Assembly (NCBI GenBank): GCA_963792965.1
Contig: CAWBYW010000006.1
Coordinates: forward strand, 1 to 64,000
Direction of reading: 5' to 3'
From: an uncultured delta proteobacterium
Lineage (GTDB): Bacteria; Desulfobacterota; Zymogenia; Zymogenales; Zymogenaceae
DNA length: 64,000 nt
Shown: in pieces, positions 62,870-64,000 of the stretch
How the letters are laid out: every line of letters begins with the position of its first letter
Position numbering within the stretch: the first letter of the stretch is position 1
Notes under the pieces: generated by a model
Seen by the model: only the letters and a program-made list of their open reading frames with translations
Database searches by the model: none
What the model was told of the DNA's origin: nothing
Translations under genes and position numbers: made by a program

Positions 62870-63615
62870 ATGAAGAAGTTCTCTTTTTTGCTGCTCGTTG
62901 TGGTCCTTATGTTCGGACTTACCTTTTCGGGGTGCAACGCCGTCAACGACATGTTCAACAAGCTCTTCGGAAAGGGACAAGCGCCTGTCGTCGCACCGCA
63001 GACGCCGTCGGTTCCGGGCGGCCCGATCACCGAAAGCGGGTACCTGAACGGTCCCGGCTCGTCGTACACCTTTACCGTAAACGCCGGGAATGTCAACTAC
63101 CTCGAGGTCCCGTTCACCTACCCCAAGGGACAGGTTAAGTTCTGGGTGAAAGTCGTCGGCCAGGACGGCTCCTCTGTGCTCGGGGATTTCGATCTCGACA
63201 ATGGTGAGGTCATCCAGCTTTCGGGCGGCGGCACGTTCTACCTGACGGTCTATTCAAAGATGGGCGCGGGCGAACTGGAGCGCCACCTACAACCTCACGG
63301 GAGGCGGGACGACGACCGGCCCGAAGAACTGCAACGTGCTGGCCAACTCCGCGTCGGGATATCTCACCGGCCCCGGGGATTCTTGCAAATTCACGATCAA
63401 TGCCGGGACCAATAAGTATGGTTGAGGTCCCCTTCACGTATCCCAAGGGCCAGGCAAAGTTCTGGGTCGAGGTGATCGGGCAGGACGGCTATACCGTGCT
63501 CGGCGACTTTGACCTTGACAACGGCGAGGTCATCCAGCTCTCCGGAGGCGGCACGTTCAACCTGTCGATCTATTCCAAGAGCGGCGCGGGAAACTGGTCC
63601 TGCTCCTGGAAATAG
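62870..63615 (+). CDS. repeat-domain lipoprotein C (two domains; indels near 63272 and 63420)
   Basis: Lipobox FSGC, Pro-rich linker, two domain copies and end GNWSCSWK-stop. Confidence 0.8.
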
Positions 63616-63636
63616 CATCTTCAACAAGGAGACGGC

Positions 63637-64000
63637 ATGAAGAAGCTTTTCATGATGGCCCTGCTGGCGGCGGTGATCTTTTCGCTTGTCCTGCCCGCCT
63701 GCAAGCGGCGCCAAGAGACTCCGGCGGCGCCCCCCGCTCCGCAGACCGGCCCCGCGATACCGGCGCCGACGACGCCCGGCTCGCACACCGAGGGCGGCTA
63801 CCTGGCGGGCCCGGGCGCATCCTACACCTTCACGGTGAACGCCGGCAGCAAAAACTACCTTGAGGTACCCTTCACGTATCCCAAGGGGCAGGCCAGCATC
63901 TGGGTAAAGGTCGTGGGCCAGGACGGGAATACGGTGCTGGGGGATTTCGATCTCGACAAGGGTGAGGTGGTCCGGCTCATGGGAGGCGGCACCTTCTACC
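63637..64000 (+). CDS. repeat-domain lipoprotein D (runs off the window end)
   Basis: MKKLFMMALLAAVIFSLVLPAC, Pro-rich linker and GGYLAGPGASYTFTVNAG..FDLDKGEVVRLMGGGTFY. Confidence 0.8.
   Translation, partial: MKKLFMMALLAAVIFSLVLPACKRRQETPAAPPAPQTGPAIPAPTTPGSHTEGGYLAGPGASYTFTVNAGSKNYLEVPFTYPKGQASIWVKVVGQDGNTVLGDFDLDKGEVVRLMGGGTFY

Noticed and set aside
61621-64000. Diversity-generating retroelement or CRISPR-like interpretation of the repeats
   Set aside because: The repeats are coding domains with mostly synonymous differences. There is no adenine-specific pattern, reverse transcriptase, spacer structure or cas gene in the window.

Overview
Chromosomal segment of a GC-rich, diderm (lptD), probably anaerobic bacterium; the gene content looks Desulfobacterota/deltaproteobacteria-like, which is an inference. 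Many essential genes are broken by single-base indels (ftsZ, ftsA, murC, murG, murD, rsmH, lptD), which points to uncorrected long-read errors rather than pseudogenes. Housekeeping content: hisI, lptD, a dcw cluster from mraZ to ftsZ lacking ddl, aspS, leuC-like, plsC, speB, thiT-thiN. Accessory highlights: (1) an operon of an unclassified glycyl-radical enzyme, its activase and a tandem FMN-binding split-barrel protein; (2) a tandem array of at least four exported or lipoprotein genes built from six copies of an unrecognised ~90-aa beta-rich domain; (3) a Cys-rich AbrB/HgcC-like regulator, an MddA-like methyltransferase and arsM behind a perfect sigma70 promoter followed by triple 9-bp repeats; (4) an MNT-HEPN toxin-antitoxin islet flanked by a duplicated leuC 3' end; (5) an ECF sigma/anti-sigma/Spy-CpxP locus with a readable repeated promoter motif; (6) a MetH-activation-domain plus hydantoinase-like gene pair. 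The first ~575 bp appear foreign and are fused into hisI, probably a chimera. No rRNA, tRNA, CRISPR array or transposase was recognised.
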